A stretch of DNA of 64,000 nt from Mobula hypostoma (Eukaryota), in the NCBI RefSeq assembly GCF_963921235.1, contig NC_086097.1, positions 32,614,001-32,678,000 of the forward strand, written 5' to 3'. Below are positions 24,600 through 37,239 of this stretch, one piece after another. Position numbers and translations under genes: made by a program. How positions within the stretch are numbered: position 1 is the first letter of the stretch; every line of letters begins with the position of its first letter. The notes under the pieces are model-generated. The model saw only the letters and a program-made list of their open reading frames with translations. It had not been told where the DNA came from and ran no database searches.

Positions 24600-27500
24600 A
24601 ACTAGAACATAGAGCAGTACAACACAGGAACAGGCCAGTCGTGTCATAACGTTGTGCTGAATCAGCTAAGTAAATCAAAAACACCCAAACACTAATCCCT
24701 CCACCTTCCTCATACCACATGTCTATCTAAATGTCTCTTAAAAGCCTCCATACCAAACAGTGTATTCCAGGCATCCTCAACTCTCTGAGTAAAAAAACTT
24801 ACTCCTCACATTCCCCTTTAACCTACCCCATCCCAATTTCAGTGCATGTCCTCTGGTATTAGACATTTCAAAAAGATGCTCTGTCTACTCTTATCCATGC
24901 TTCTCATAATCTTGTAAACCTCTATCAGATCTCCCCTCAGCCTCCATACTCAAGAAAAAACAACCCAAGTTTATTCTGCCTCTCATAATAGCACATGTCC
25001 TCTAAACCAGGCAGTATCCTGGTCAACCTCTTCTGCAGCCACTCCAAAACCTCAACATCTTTCCTATAGTGGGGCAGCCAGAACTATATACAACACTCCA
25101 GGTGTGGTTTAACCAGTTTTATAAAATTGCAACATAACCTCTTGACTTTTGAACTCAATGCCTCAACTAATAAAAGCAAGCATTCCATAAGCCTCCTTGA
25201 CCACCATATCTACTTGTGTAACCACTTTCAAAGAGCTATGAACTTGGATCCCAAGATCTCTCTGCTCAGCAACACTGTTAGGGAACTTGTCCTTAAAAGT
25301 GTACTGTCTCCTTGCATTTGCCCTTTCGAGGTGTAACACCTCACATTAATCTGGATTAAAATCCACCTGCCATATCTCAGCCCATATCCGCAACTGATCT
25401 ACATCCTGCTGTATTCTTTGCTGGTCTTCTGCACGGTCGACAACTCTAAAAATTTTGGTATCATCCGCAAACTCACCCATCTATATTTTCATCCAGGTCA
25501 TTGATATACAGTTGCAAGAAAAAGTTTGTGAACCCTTTGCAGTTACCTCGCTTTCTGCATTAATTACTCATAAAATGTGGTCTGATAATCACAATAATAT
25601 AATAAGTCACAATAATAGTCACCATAAGAAGTCACAATAATAGACAGACACAATCTGCCTAAACTAATAACATATTTGTATTTCTTCAAGGTTTCAAAGG
25701 TACATTTAATGTCAGAGAAATGTAAAAAATATACATCCTGAAATGCTTTTTCTTGGCAACACTGAGTACACTACTTAAACAATCACAGTCTAGGTTCAAA
25801 AAAAGTATGTGAGCCTCTGAGGTAATGCCTTCTACAACAGCTACTTAAGAGTCAAGTGTTCCATTCGATGAGATGAGATTGGTGCCCTGCCCTGTAAAAA
25901 AGACACACAAAGTCAGGTTTCTGACAGAGCCTGCTCTTCTCAAGAAAGATCTGTTTATGTGCATCATGCCTCGATTAAAACTTTCTGAGCACCTTAGAAG
26001 AAGAATTGTAGAGATGCATGAAGCTGGAAAAGGCTAGAAAAGCATTTCTGAAGACCTGAGTGTTCATCAGTCTACAGTAAGAGAAACTGTCTACACATGG
26101 AGGAAATTCAGTACTGTTGCTACTCTCCCTAGGAGTGAGGTCCTGCGAAGATCACACCAAGAGCACAATGTGCAATGTTGAAGGAGGTGAAAAGAACCCA
26201 GGGATAACAGCAAAAACCTACAGAAATCTCTAGAACTTGCTAAACTCTCTTTTCACTATAAGAAAAACACTGAACAAGAATGGTGTTCATGGAAGGACAC
26301 CTTGGAGGAAAGCACTGCTCTCTAAACAAATATTGCTGCACTTCTCAAGTTTACAAAAGACCACCTGGATATTCCACAAAGCTTCTGGGACAATGTTCTG
26401 TGGACACTTGAGACAAAAGTTGAACTTTTTGGTAGAAATGCGCACTGCTATGTTTGGAGATAAGGGACACTGCACACCAACACCAAAACCTCATCCCAAT
26501 TGTGAAGCATGGTGGAAGGAGCATCATGGTTTGGGGCCGCTTTGCGGCCTCAAGGTATGGACAGCATTCAATCGTTGAGGGAATAATGAATTCAAAATTG
26601 TATCAAGATATTTTACAGAAGAACGTCAGGGTAGCAGTCCGTCACCTGAAGTTTTATGATGGATGATGCAACAAGACAATGATCTGAAACACAAGAGTAA
26701 ATCAACAAATAATGGTTTTAAAAATTCATGTTTTGAGTCCAGATCTTAATCCAATTGAGAGGCTGTGGCATGGCCTGAAGGGGACTGTTCATGCAAGATA
26801 TCCCAGAAATATTGATGAACAGAAACAGCTTTGTATGGAGGAATGGTCTAAAATTCTTCTTCACCGTTATGCAAGTCTGATCAGCAGCTACAGGAAATGT
26901 TTGGTAAAGGTTATTGCTGCTAAAAGAGGTTCTACCAGTTATTAAATACTAAAGTTCACATACTTATTTCCAGCCTGGACTGTGAATGATTAAACAATGC
27001 GTTCAATAAAGACAGGAAAAGTACAATTGTTTATGTTTTATTAGATTAGGCAGATTGTGTTATTCGATTATTGTGACTTAGACGATTAATGCAGAAAACC
27101 AGGTAATTGCAAAGGGTTCACAAACCTTTTCTTGCAACTGTACATTGCAAACAGATGTCCCAGCACAGATCCCTGTGGAACTCCACTAATCACAGACCTC
27201 CAGCTTGAATAAGTCCCTTCAACCACTACCCTCTGTCCTCTATGCACAAGTGAATTCTGAATTCAAACAGCCATTTGCCGCGGAGCCCATGCATCTTAAT
27301 CTTCTGGATTAGCTTTCCATGAGGGATTTCTCTACAACTGATGTGAAACTCACTAGTCTATAGTTCCCAGGAATTTCCCTTGTTCCCTTCTTAAATAGAG
27401 GTACAACATTAGACACTTGCCAGTCATCCGGAACCTTGCCTGTGGCTAGACAGGACAAAGATACTGGTTAAGGGCCCAGCAATCTTGTCTCTTGCCTCCT

Positions 27501-28065
27501 TCAATAACATGGGGTAACTCCCATGAGGTTCTGGAGACCTATCCACCTTAATACTCACTAGGAGGCCCAACACTTCCTCTTCCTTGACCTCTAAACACCC
27601 TAATGTATTTATATAGTCAGCACTGATCTCCTGGTCCTCCATATCCTTTCCCTTGGTAAACATTGAAGCAAAGTACTCATTAAGTACCTCACTCACATTC
27701 TCTGCATCCAAGCAGATGTTTCCCCCCTTTATCCTCCAGTGGTCCTACCCTCTACCTAGTTATTCTTTTACTCTTCATGTATGTATAGAATGCCTTGGGA
27801 TTCACCTTAATCCTATTTGTCAAGGATTTTTCATGACTCCTCCTTTAATTATTTTCTGGCTTCTTTATACTCCATTTGATACTGACTTCCGAAGGTTTAC
27901 ATGATTTTCGTTTTTTTCTTCTTGTCTAAATTCATCATCTCTTTAGACATCCAAGGCTCTCTTATCTTTCTATCCCTGTCCTTCCTTCTAACAGGAACAT
28001 ACCTTCCCTGTACTCTGTAATTGATCATTAAATCCCCTCCACATGTTTGATGTGGACTTGCCAGA
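24600..28065 (-). mobile_element. Degenerate CR1 LINE interrupted by Tc1
   Basis: Minus-strand EVLNEYFASMFTK, IKVDRSPEP and VPVRRK..EPW remnants; agaacatag tail near 24600. Confidence 0.85.
25509..27140 (+). mobile_element. Full-length Tc1 transposon (IR/DR type), transposase pseudogenised
   Basis: TA|cagttgcaagaaaagtttgtgaaccctttgca ... tgcaaagggttcacaaaccttttcttgcaactg|TA. Inner direct repeats near 25790-25815 and 26950-26985. Transposase remnants ~25966-26945 (VKHGGRSIMVWG, SPDLNPIE, VIAAKRGSTSY*). Confidence 0.95.
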
Positions 28066-28096
28066 AAAAAAGTGCAATAAAAGCCACTTAGCTCAC

Positions 28097-28370
28097 CAAG
28101 GAGCTCCTTAAAAGTTAGCTCAAGTTTGAGCTGCTCGTGGGATAAACTCCCGCAGAACTCAGTCTTAAATTCCATCTCGCTGAATTCCAGGTGTAAAATT
28201 TCCTTCTGAAGTGACTTCTTGAACCAGGGCCCTCTTTCCTGGTCAGATCGAAGGTCTGGGATTGGGAAGCGGATGGCCATCTTGAAAATGGGTGTGGTGA
28301 GCTGCACGGATGTTCGGTAGTTGGCAGGTGAGCCAGAATCGTCCCGGAAAACTTCAGTAAAAGCTCTCTG
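28097..28370 (-). CDS. ATG2B: ATG2B internal coding exon (7th)
   Basis: ccctttgcag|CAGAGA...CTCCTTG|gtgagc. Encodes QRAFTEVFRDDSGSPANY...RFPIPDLRSDQERGPWFKKSLQKEIL...LELTFKELL. 274 nt, phase 0 to 1. Confidence 0.95.
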
Positions 28371-28599
28371 CTGCAAAGGGAAGCAAAAACAATGTCATCA
28401 TATGGGGTTAAAAAGCAGTGCTGACAGTATGAACAGTGCTCCTCTAGAGATGGTGCACACAAATCTTTGGTCCCCTCCAATCTGCCCAAGCACTTCTAAC
28501 ATTGTTTTATTTCAAACTTTCAGTGTTTTGCATTTGGACAGCACCTGCTTCCCTGCTTTCAAACTTGCTAAATGATTCTCTGTGAAATGCTTTGCGACA

Positions 28600-29290
28600 T
28601 TTCAACATATTAAATAAGGTGCTGGTAACCCCATTATAGAATGAATCTGAAGGCTTTGGAAAGGGTGCAGAAGTTGTTCACCGAGATACTGCATGGATTG
28701 GAGAGCATGAGCTATGAGGGGAAGTTGAACAATTATGACTAATATGAGGAGGCATAATTGAAGTTGATTGGAAGAAAATATTGGGAATGTCAGAAGTATT
28801 TTTTTTTGCCAGAGGTGATGGTAGAGACGCATATGTTAGGAGCATTTAAGAAACACTTAGGCACATGGATGACAGCTAAGTGGAGGGCTATGTAGGAAAG
28901 AAGGGTTAGATTGATCTTGAAGTAGGTTAAAAGGTTGACACACACCATGGGCCAAAGGGCCTGTACTGTGCTGTAATGTTTTATGTTCCAAATGTTTTCT
29001 CTTAAACGTCAGAGGCTGAGGCATGATCTGACAGAAGTATATAAAATTACGAGTGGCATTGATAGGTCAGATAGTCTTTTCTTTCCCCAGGGTAGAAATC
29101 TCACTAGAATTATCCTGAGAATGAAAGGGTTAATGTATAGGAGTATTTGATGGCTCTGGGCCTGTACTCGCTAGAGTTTAGAAGAATGAGGGGGGGGATG
29201 TCATTGAAATCTATCAAATATCGAAAGGCCTAGGTAGAGTGGATGTCAAATAAATAGGAAATTCCTTTAAAGCGAGGGGGGAAAGTTTTA
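28600..29290 (+). mobile_element. Stacked CR1 3' fragments
   Basis: Repeated LERVQRRFT / LEFRRMRGD-type remnants and a CR1 3' UTR. Confidence 0.7.
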
Positions 29291-29469
29291 GGGAGTTGTG
29301 CATGTCATAGAATCAGTTCACTGTTACGGTGAGTAATGTTATTCATGCTGGTTCAGGAGTCTGATAGCTGTAGGGTAATAACTGTTCCTGAATCTGGTGG
29401 CGTGGCACCCAAGGCTTCTGTACCACCAGGCTCAATGACAACTTCTATTCCACTGTTATCAGATACCTG

Positions 29470-29982
29470 TGAATGCTGAAGCAGCAAGAGCGAAGAATGA
29501 CCCACTGTTTGGCTGATTTCAGCATCAGGCCAGATTGAAAATGTCAAGCACGACTGAATTGAGGCTATGGAGTCCGAGCCCAAGTGCATATTGGAACGGC
29601 AGGGCTTGGGTCCAAGAGCGAAGAATGACCCAAGGTTTGGCCAATATGCGCCAGGGCTGGAGGAGAGGGTCAGACTGGTGCTCAGCTCGCTGCTCTGCGA
29701 CGTTTACTCATCTCTGCACTGAACTGAGGCTGTGGCATGCAACTAACAAACTCCAGGATCAGCTGCAGTGATGACTGGTTTTGTGAACTTCAGTTCTGAA
29801 CGCCATTGCTTACTCTTATGAGTTGCACGATTTTGCTTTTCTTTCTGTGCATTGTGTGTTTGACAGTCTTTTTTAATGGGTTCTTTTGGGTTTGCTTGTT
29901 TTGTGGCTGCCTGTAAGGAGACAAATCTCAAAGTTGTGTATAGTATACATAACTTGATATTAAATGTACTTTGAACTTTGAC
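29470..29982 (+). mobile_element. Non-coding element with Rex-type 3' tail
   Basis: Internal direct repeat caagagcgaagaatgaccca (x2); tail acaaatctcaaagttgtgtatag...actttgaactttga. Confidence 0.55.
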
Positions 29983-30137
29983 TCCTAAATTCACAAATTC
30001 AAATATGAAACCCAGTCTCCCAATGTACCTTGTCTTGACCTTTGCACTTTGTCTCCATGCACTGCACTTGCTCTGTAATTGTTACAGTATATACTACATT
30101 ATGCTTTACCTTTTTACTCCCTTAATCTACTTATGTA

Positions 30138-31850
30138 TTCAAAGTTCAAAGTAAAATTTATTATCAGAGTACATACATGTCACCACATATAACCCTGAGA
30201 TTCTTTTTCTGCGGGTATTCTTAGCCAATCTATAGAACAGCAACTGTACACAGGCTCTGTAAACATCAGGAACTGTAAACTAAACAAACTGCAATGCAGA
30301 TAATAAATAAATAGCAATAAATAATGAGCATTAAATAACAGGATAAAGAAGAATGAATGCAATTATGCCTTTTATTCAAGGGGCTGATGGTTGAGGGGTA
30401 GTAACTGTTCTTGAACCTGGTGGCACTAGTCCTGAGGCATTTGTACTTCCTACCCGATGGAAGCAGCGAGAGAAGAGCATGGCCTAAGTGATGAGGATCT
30501 TTGATGATAGACGCTGATGCTGATTTTCTATGGCTACATTTCATGTAGACGTGCTCAGTGGTTGGGAGAGTTTTACACGTGATATACTGGGCTGAATCCA
30601 CTACTTTTTGTAGGATTTTCCACTCAAAGGCATTGGTGTTCCCATACCACAGTGTAATGCAGCCCGTCAGCACACTTTTCACCACACATCGATAGAAGTT
30701 TGCCAAGGTTTTTGATGACATGCCGAATTTTCACAGATTCCTAAGGAAGTAGAAGCATTGTCCTGTTTTCTTCGCAATTATATTTATATGATGGGTCCAG
30801 GACAGGTCCTTTGAGATACCGACACACAGGAATTTAAAGTTACTGACACTCTCTACTTCTGATCCTCCGAGGATTACTGGCTCATACACCTCTGGTTTCC
30901 CTCTCCTGAAGTCTACTATCAGTTCCTTAGACTTACTGACATTGAGTGAGAGGTTGTTGTTATTACACCACTCAGCCAAATTTTTAACCTCCCATTTGCT
31001 CTTTAATTCATTGCCATCATTGATACAGCCCACAACAGTGGTGTCATCAGCAAACTTGTAAATGGTGTTGGAGTTGTCCTTACCCACACAGTCATAGGTG
31101 TAAAGCAAGTAGAGCAGGGAACTAAGTACACATGCCTGTGGTGCTCCAATGCTGATGGAGATTGCGGAGGAGACATTTTTGCTAATCCGAACTGACTGGA
31201 GTAAACAAGCGAGGAAATCCAGGATCCAATTGCACAAGGGGGTATTGAGGCTCAGGTCTTGGAGTTTACTGATCAGTTTTGAGAGGATGTTGGTGTTAAA
31301 TGCCAAGTTGTAATTGATAATGAGTATCCTGATGCATGCATCTTTGCTGTCCAGATGTTCCAGGGTTGTGTGAAGAGCCAACAACACAGCACCTACTGCA
31401 GACCTGTTGCTTCAGTAGGCAAATTGGAGCGGATCCAAGTCACCACTCAGACAGCAGCTGATATGCTTCAACACCAGATTCTCAAAACATTTCATTACTG
31501 TGGATGCAAGTGCCACTGGGTGATAGTCGTTGAGGCAGGTTACCATGCTCCTCTTGGATACCAGTATGATTGAAGACGGCTTGAAGCAGGTGGCTGACAC
31601 ACACTGTAGAAGCGAGAGGTTGGAGATACCCATGAATACACCAGCCAGTTGGTCAGCACAGGTGTTCAGTACTAGGCCAGGTACTCTGTCTGGACCAGAT
31701 GCTAGGTCTGGACCAGATGCTTTCCTTGGAGTCACTTTCTTGAAGGCAGACCGTATGTCAGCTTCAGATACTGAGACCAAAGGGTCATTGGGAGATATGG
31801 GGGTGCGCAATGGTTCCTCCCTGTTCTGGTGATCAAATCGAGCATAGAAT
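30138..31850 (-). mobile_element. 5'-truncated Rex1/Babar LINE
   Basis: ORFs 31412-31810, 30731-31387 (IYKFADDTTVVG) and 30266-30721; tail actttgaactttgaa. Confidence 0.93.
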
Positions 31851-31987
31851 ATATGGAATGATCTGTGTCTGTGGCAGGCAAATAAAAGCCTTTCACTGTA
31901 TCTCGGTAGAGATAATTATAAACCAACAGCAATATCACCAGGACATTGATCTTATGTGCTGAAATGTAATTGTTCTCACAAACTCAC

Positions 31988-32176
31988 CAGACTGATGTGC
32001 TTGTTAAAAGATGTGTACATGTGTGATGCCATCATTTCTGTTGTTCCGAGCTTCTGCGGCTGCAGCAATGAGTTAAGTCTGTCCACAATACTGATGTCTA
32101 ATTCCGACTGGATGGGGCCAAGCTCAATCTGTAGCTCCGCCTTCTGTGGTACTGATGCTAATCTCCCTTGACTGCC
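31988..32176 (-). CDS. ATG2B: ATG2B internal coding exon (6th; not in ORF track)
   Basis: gttttcag|GGC...AGTCTG|gtgagt. Encodes GSQGRLASVPQKAELQIELGPIQSELDISIVDRLNSLLQPQKLGTTEMMASHMYTSFNKHISL. 189 nt, phase 0 to 0. Confidence 0.95.
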
Positions 32177-32697
32177 CTGAAAACAGACAACACGTTAACC
32201 GTCATTCCAAAATTTATTTAAAAGCCTTTTCAGTGGTTTACTCAGTTAAAATACTTTACTGTGACCTGAACACAATAATGCTCAAAGTTCATAGTAAATT
32301 TATCATCAAAGTACGTACCATATATTACCATATATTACAATGAGATTCATTTTCCTGTAGGCATTTAAGGGTAAATAAAGAAATACAACAGAATTTATGA
32401 AAGTTTGCTCAGTTTTCACATATTTGAGCACATCTGTCCTCTGAGCTGTGGCGTAGCCATCTAACACCAAATCTACCTAGATAACAAAGCTCTGGGGGCC
32501 TCATTCTCCTCTTACCAATAAACTGGAATTTGTGCAGAACAGACAAACCTTTCTTATCCTCATTCCTTGCAATAGCGGTGACCCCAAACTGAGCTTAGGA
32601 AAAATATCCTCCAGTCAAGTCCACCTAATTTTAACATGGCTTGGCTTGTTTGTCTTTCTATTGGCAAAACCCATGTCCTTATTTGCTACCTTCAATA

Positions 32698-33108
32698 GGA
32701 TTCAGAAGAATGAGGGGTGAGCTAATTGAAATCTGTCGAATGGTGAAAGGCCTTGATAGAGTGACTGTGAAGGAGATGTTTCCTATGGTGGGGGAGTCTA
32801 AGACCAGAGGACACAGCCTCAGAATAGAGGGGCTTCCTTTCAAAATGGATATGAGGGGAAATTTCTTTAGCCACAGAGCGGCGAATCTGTGGAATTCCTT
32901 GCCACAGGGAGCTATGGAGACCAAGTCTTTTCATATATTTAAGGGAGAGGTTGACAGATTCTTGATTGGTCAGGGCATGAAGGGATAAGGAGAGAAAGCA
33001 GGAGATTGGGACTGAGAGGAAAATTTGATCAGCCATGATGAAATGGCAAAGAAGGCTTGATGGGCCAAATGGCCTAATTCTACTCCTACATTTTATAGCC
33101 TTATGGTA
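32698..33108 (+). mobile_element. CR1 3' fragment
   Basis: FRRMRGELIE...TRGHSLRIEG...NLWNSLPQ. Confidence 0.85.
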
Positions 33109-33944
33109 ACAGAAATTTCCATACTCTTAGTACATGTTCAATTTGATGTGTAGGTGAAAATCTTGAATTGGAAAACAGCACTCAAAATTTGTCCAATTCT
33201 CATTTTCATTTATTTTCCAATGACAGGTTTACACTTTAGAGACATTGAGGTAGATTTTCAGCTTCCTGCCAGAGGATAGGAGCAAACTTAAGACAGTGGA
33301 ACATTGGCCTCAGAACAAGGGAAAGAACATGGACATTGGTTGGTATCTCACACTAGAGATTCAGGTACAACAATCAAGGGCAACATCAAGTGCACCACTG
33401 ACAGGATGCCACAGTGTTAGACGTCACACTGCACAGAAATAGGTCCTTCAAGCCCAGCAAATCCATGCAGATATTAGCACCCATTTACTCTAATCCTGTT
33501 TTAGTTTCCCTCCTGATTCTGCCACACATTAGGACCAACTTATACTGACCAATCAGAATTAGATTCGGATTTATTTATTTATCACATGTAGGGCGAAAAT
33601 ACATTGAAATGCCTACTTGTGTTAATAACCAACACACCCAAGGGTGTGCTGGGGACAGCCCGCAAGTGTCACCACACATTCCATCACCAATACAGCATGC
33701 TCACAACACCTTTGGGATGTGAGAAGAATCCAGAAGACCTGGAGAAAACAGTCCCAGGGAGAATTTGCAAACTCCACAATGATAGCACACAAGGGGAAGA
33801 CTGAACCTAGGTCACTGAAGCTGTGAGGCAGCTGCTCGACTAACTGAGCCAGTCTGCTGCCATGTTGAACATGTCAGCTTTCAAGTCAGACAATAATATG
33901 AACCTCGTTCACTCTCCCAGAGGGAATCAAAAGACGCCCTGGGT

Positions 33945-34542
33945 GTAGAACATAGAACAGTACAGTACAGACCTTTCAGCCATGATGTTGTGTTGACCTT
34001 TTAACCTACTTTAACCTTTTCCTCCACATTGCCCTCCATTCTTTATTCCATTCACCTATCTAAGAACAGGTTAACTCTTAGCTGCTTAAATGCCCCTAAT
34101 GTATCTGCTTCTACCATCACCCTTGGTAGTCTGTTTCACGTACCCACCACTCTGTCACTTTTAAATTAGGCTCCCTTGTATTAGCCATTTCTGCCCTGGA
34201 TTAAAAAACTTTGTCCATTCCATCATCTACAACATCTCTATCAAGTAACCCCTTATCTTTCTTCACTCCAAGGAGAAAAGCCCCAGCTCACTCAACCTTT
34301 CCTCATAAGATATGCTCTCTAAATCAGACAGCATCCTGGTAACTCTCCTCTGCACACTCCCTGAAGCATCCACAACCTTCCTAACTGAACACAATACTCC
34401 AAACTTAGTCAAACCAGGGTTTAAAAGAGCTGCAACATCACTCACAGCTCTTGAATTCAAACCCATGACTAATGAAGGCCAACACACCTTCTTAACAACA
34501 CTATCAACGTGCACAGCAACTTTGAGGGATCTATGGACGTGC
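33945..34542 (-). mobile_element. CR1 3' fragment
   Basis: VQRRVTRMLSDLESISYEERLSELGLFSLE; agaacatagaac tail. Confidence 0.8.
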
Positions 34543-34765
34543 TAAAAAGAACTAGAGAAGGCTTCCACTGTCTTGGGTCCACTTTGTAATTCCTCAATTA
34601 GCAACAATGAATTAGATTCTGGTAATTATCGGACTGCTGTTCATTTGAGTTTGTTGTAGATAAGTTAGATGAGGCTTTCTTTGCTTTACACTTCACTGGC
34701 TGTAAGGTGTTTCAGCAGCACAAGGCTGTGTCAAGTGCAGTAGAAATCTTTCCTCCTTTTCATAC

Positions 34766-34858
34766 CTGGACTCCTCTTCGGTCAATGTGCTTGTAATGAA
34801 TCTGCACAGAAGGTACAGGATGAGCTTCTGTCTCACACCTAGATTGAAATGTAATCAG
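34766..34858 (-). CDS. ATG2B: ATG2B internal coding exon (5th; not in ORF track)
   Basis: ttgtttttgcag|CTGATTACA...GGAGTCCAG|gtatga. Encodes LITFQSRCETEAHPVPSVQIHYKHIDRRGVQ (cf. LLTFHSKE...LQLHYKHSENRGPQ). 93 nt, phase 0 to 0. Confidence 0.9.
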
Positions 34859-35089
34859 CTGCAAAAACAAAAAGCAGCAAATCAGAATCGGGTTTATTAT
34901 CACTGACACACGGCATCACATTTGTTGTTTTGTGGCAGCAGAAGACATAAAAAACCAAAAATTACAAAAATATATAGTGCTCAGGAAAGGAATAACAAAG
35001 TATTTTTTGTGGGTTCGTGAACTGTTCAGAAATCTGATGGTAGACGGAAAGTAGCCGCCGTGAACTATTGAGAATATCAGATAAAATTT

Positions 35090-35392
35090 GGGTACGGCGA
35101 TAGTGCAGCAGTTAGCGCAAGGCCTTTATAGCTCAGGGCGTTGGAGTTTGGAGATCAATTCCAATACCATCTATAAGAAGTTTGTACATACTTCCTGGGA
35201 GCGTGCGGGTTTCCTCCTGGTGCTCCGATTTCCTCCCACATTCCAAAAGCATACCAGTTAGTAAGTTAAATAGTCACTGTAAATTGTCCTGTGATTAGCC
35301 TAGGGTTAAGCAGGTGGATTGCTGGGTGGTGTGGCTCACTGGACTGGAGGGTCCGTTCCGCACAATATTTCTAAATAAATAAAAATAAATAA
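35090..35392 (+). mobile_element. V-domain tRNA SINE
   Basis: Head gatagtgcagcagttagcg; core gggtttcctcctggtgctccgatttcctcccacattccaaa; (aaat)n tail. Confidence 0.8.
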
Positions 35393-36402
35393 ACGAAACA
35401 TCCCAAAGCGATGTTCTCCTTGGATCACTCCTGCCACAAACATTTCACAAGACATCATCTACTGAAACTAGTTATCCTGAAGGTACTGGACCCCAATTTC
35501 ATGAGCATGATGACATTACATTATATAATTAGTTGTGCCAATCCAAGGACTAACTTTTCCTCCCTTAATGCTGGTAGCATCATCACCATAAAATGAGTTT
35601 TAGAAGATGCATTCTTGTCAAGAGGAAATACAAGTTGAAAGCTAGTCAATACTGATGTATCAAATGTCTCCTGTACACATGAGTTTTTGGTGAGATCACT
35701 GAGTATATAAGTTGAGATGCTACGTTACAGTTGGACAAGACATTGGTGAGACAGCATTTGGCTTCAGTTCTGGACACCCTGCTATAGGAAAGATGTCATT
35801 AAACTGTAAAGAGTGCAGAGGGAATTTATGAGGATGTTGCCAGGAGATGAGAGACTGAGTTATAGAAAGAGGTTGAGCAGGTTACAGGGAGAAGGTAGGA
35901 GAATGGGGTTGAAAGGGACAATATATCAGCCATGATGGAATGGCGGAACAAACTCAATGGGCCAAATGTCTTAATTCTGCTCCTATGTCTGATGGTCTTA
36001 GGTTGGAACCTTTCTCATTGGAGCATAGAAGAATGAGGGTGATCTAACAGACTGGTATAAAATTACGAGAGGCATAGACAGGGTCAAAGCACACAGTCTT
36101 TTCCCAGGGTTAGGGAATTAAACTGGAGCACATTGGTACAAGGTGAGAAGGGAGAAATTTATTAGGGACAACTTCTTCAATCAGAGAGTGGTCATTATAT
36201 GGACAGACCCGTCAGAGGAAGTCGTCCATTAACAACGTTTAAAAAGTAATTGGAGATGTACATGGACAGGAAAGGTTTAGAGGCAAATGGGACTAGCATA
36301 CATGGGAATTTTGATAGGCATGGACTAGTTGGGCCAAAGGGCCTATTTCCATGTTGCAAGACTCTATGACTCAGTAAGTTTAGGCAATTTCTGTGGGATT
36401 CT

Positions 36403-36646
36403 GTGCAGAGGATCAGAGTGGAGCTGGGGGCGGGTGGTGCAGAGGCTCAGAGTGGAGCGGGGGCGGGGGGTGCAGAGGCCCAGAGTGGAGTTGGGGGGGG
36501 GTGCAGAGGCTCAGAGATGGAGTGGAGGGGTGCAGAGGCTCAGAGCTGGAGTGGAGGGGTGCAGAGGCTCAGAGTGGAGCGGGGGGAATGCAGAGACAGA
36601 GCTGGAGCGGGGAGGGGCAGAGCTCAGAGCTGGAGGAGGGGGTAGA
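36403..36646. repeat. G-rich minisatellite, about 8 units of ~30 bp
   Basis: Unit approximately tgcagaggctcagagtggagcgggggg with variable G-runs. Confidence 0.9.
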
Positions 36647-37015
36647 GGGAAACTTCTCTTACACTGCCACTCACATATGATCAAAACCTGTTTACTCATA
36701 ATACCCAAAATGAGCCACTCTGTTCCCCAGCAGAGATCACCAAAACACTACCCTTCAACACTGGCCAAGACATATCTTTAGTCAGCCATACACCTGGAGG
36801 ATGGGGAATCACAACTAACCCCACCCTTCCCTTTAAGTATCACGTGATAGGAGAAAGCATTGAATGAAATGCTTTCTACCCTATGAACCAATTTAAGGGA
36901 CAAAGATGAATACAGAGAGGGAAGTAAATGGTCATGTGTATTAAGCAGTGCCTTGAGAGTGTTAAGACGTTACCTCCTGCCTATGCCAACAACCATGTAT
37001 CTGTGCAACTCATAC

Positions 37016-37166
37016 CTCTGTATACTGGGGTATGACAGTTGGTGAATCCATAGGGAACAGACATTCCAGTAGTTCCATCCAGTTAATGCAGACATCAGTA
37101 TTCAGGCTCCGTGAGCTGGTGCTCCGTCGCTGTTCACAGTTCAGCTTCACATCGGTTGCAAACAGT
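37016..37166 (-). CDS. ATG2B: ATG2B internal coding exon (4th)
   Basis: ctttcctag|A...ACAGAG|gtatga. Encodes LFATDVKLNCEQRRSTSSRSLNTDVCINWMELLECLFPMDSPTVIPQYTE. 151 nt, phase 2 to 0. Confidence 0.93.
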
Positions 37167-37239
37167 CTAGGAAAGAGTAATGGGGCAGTTAACCCGAGGT
37201 TCAAAATCCAGAATGTGGGGAGTAAGTTGTATTTACACT

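Noticed and set aside
36329..36781. Gly/Arg-rich ORFs
   Set aside because: Translations of the G-rich minisatellite.
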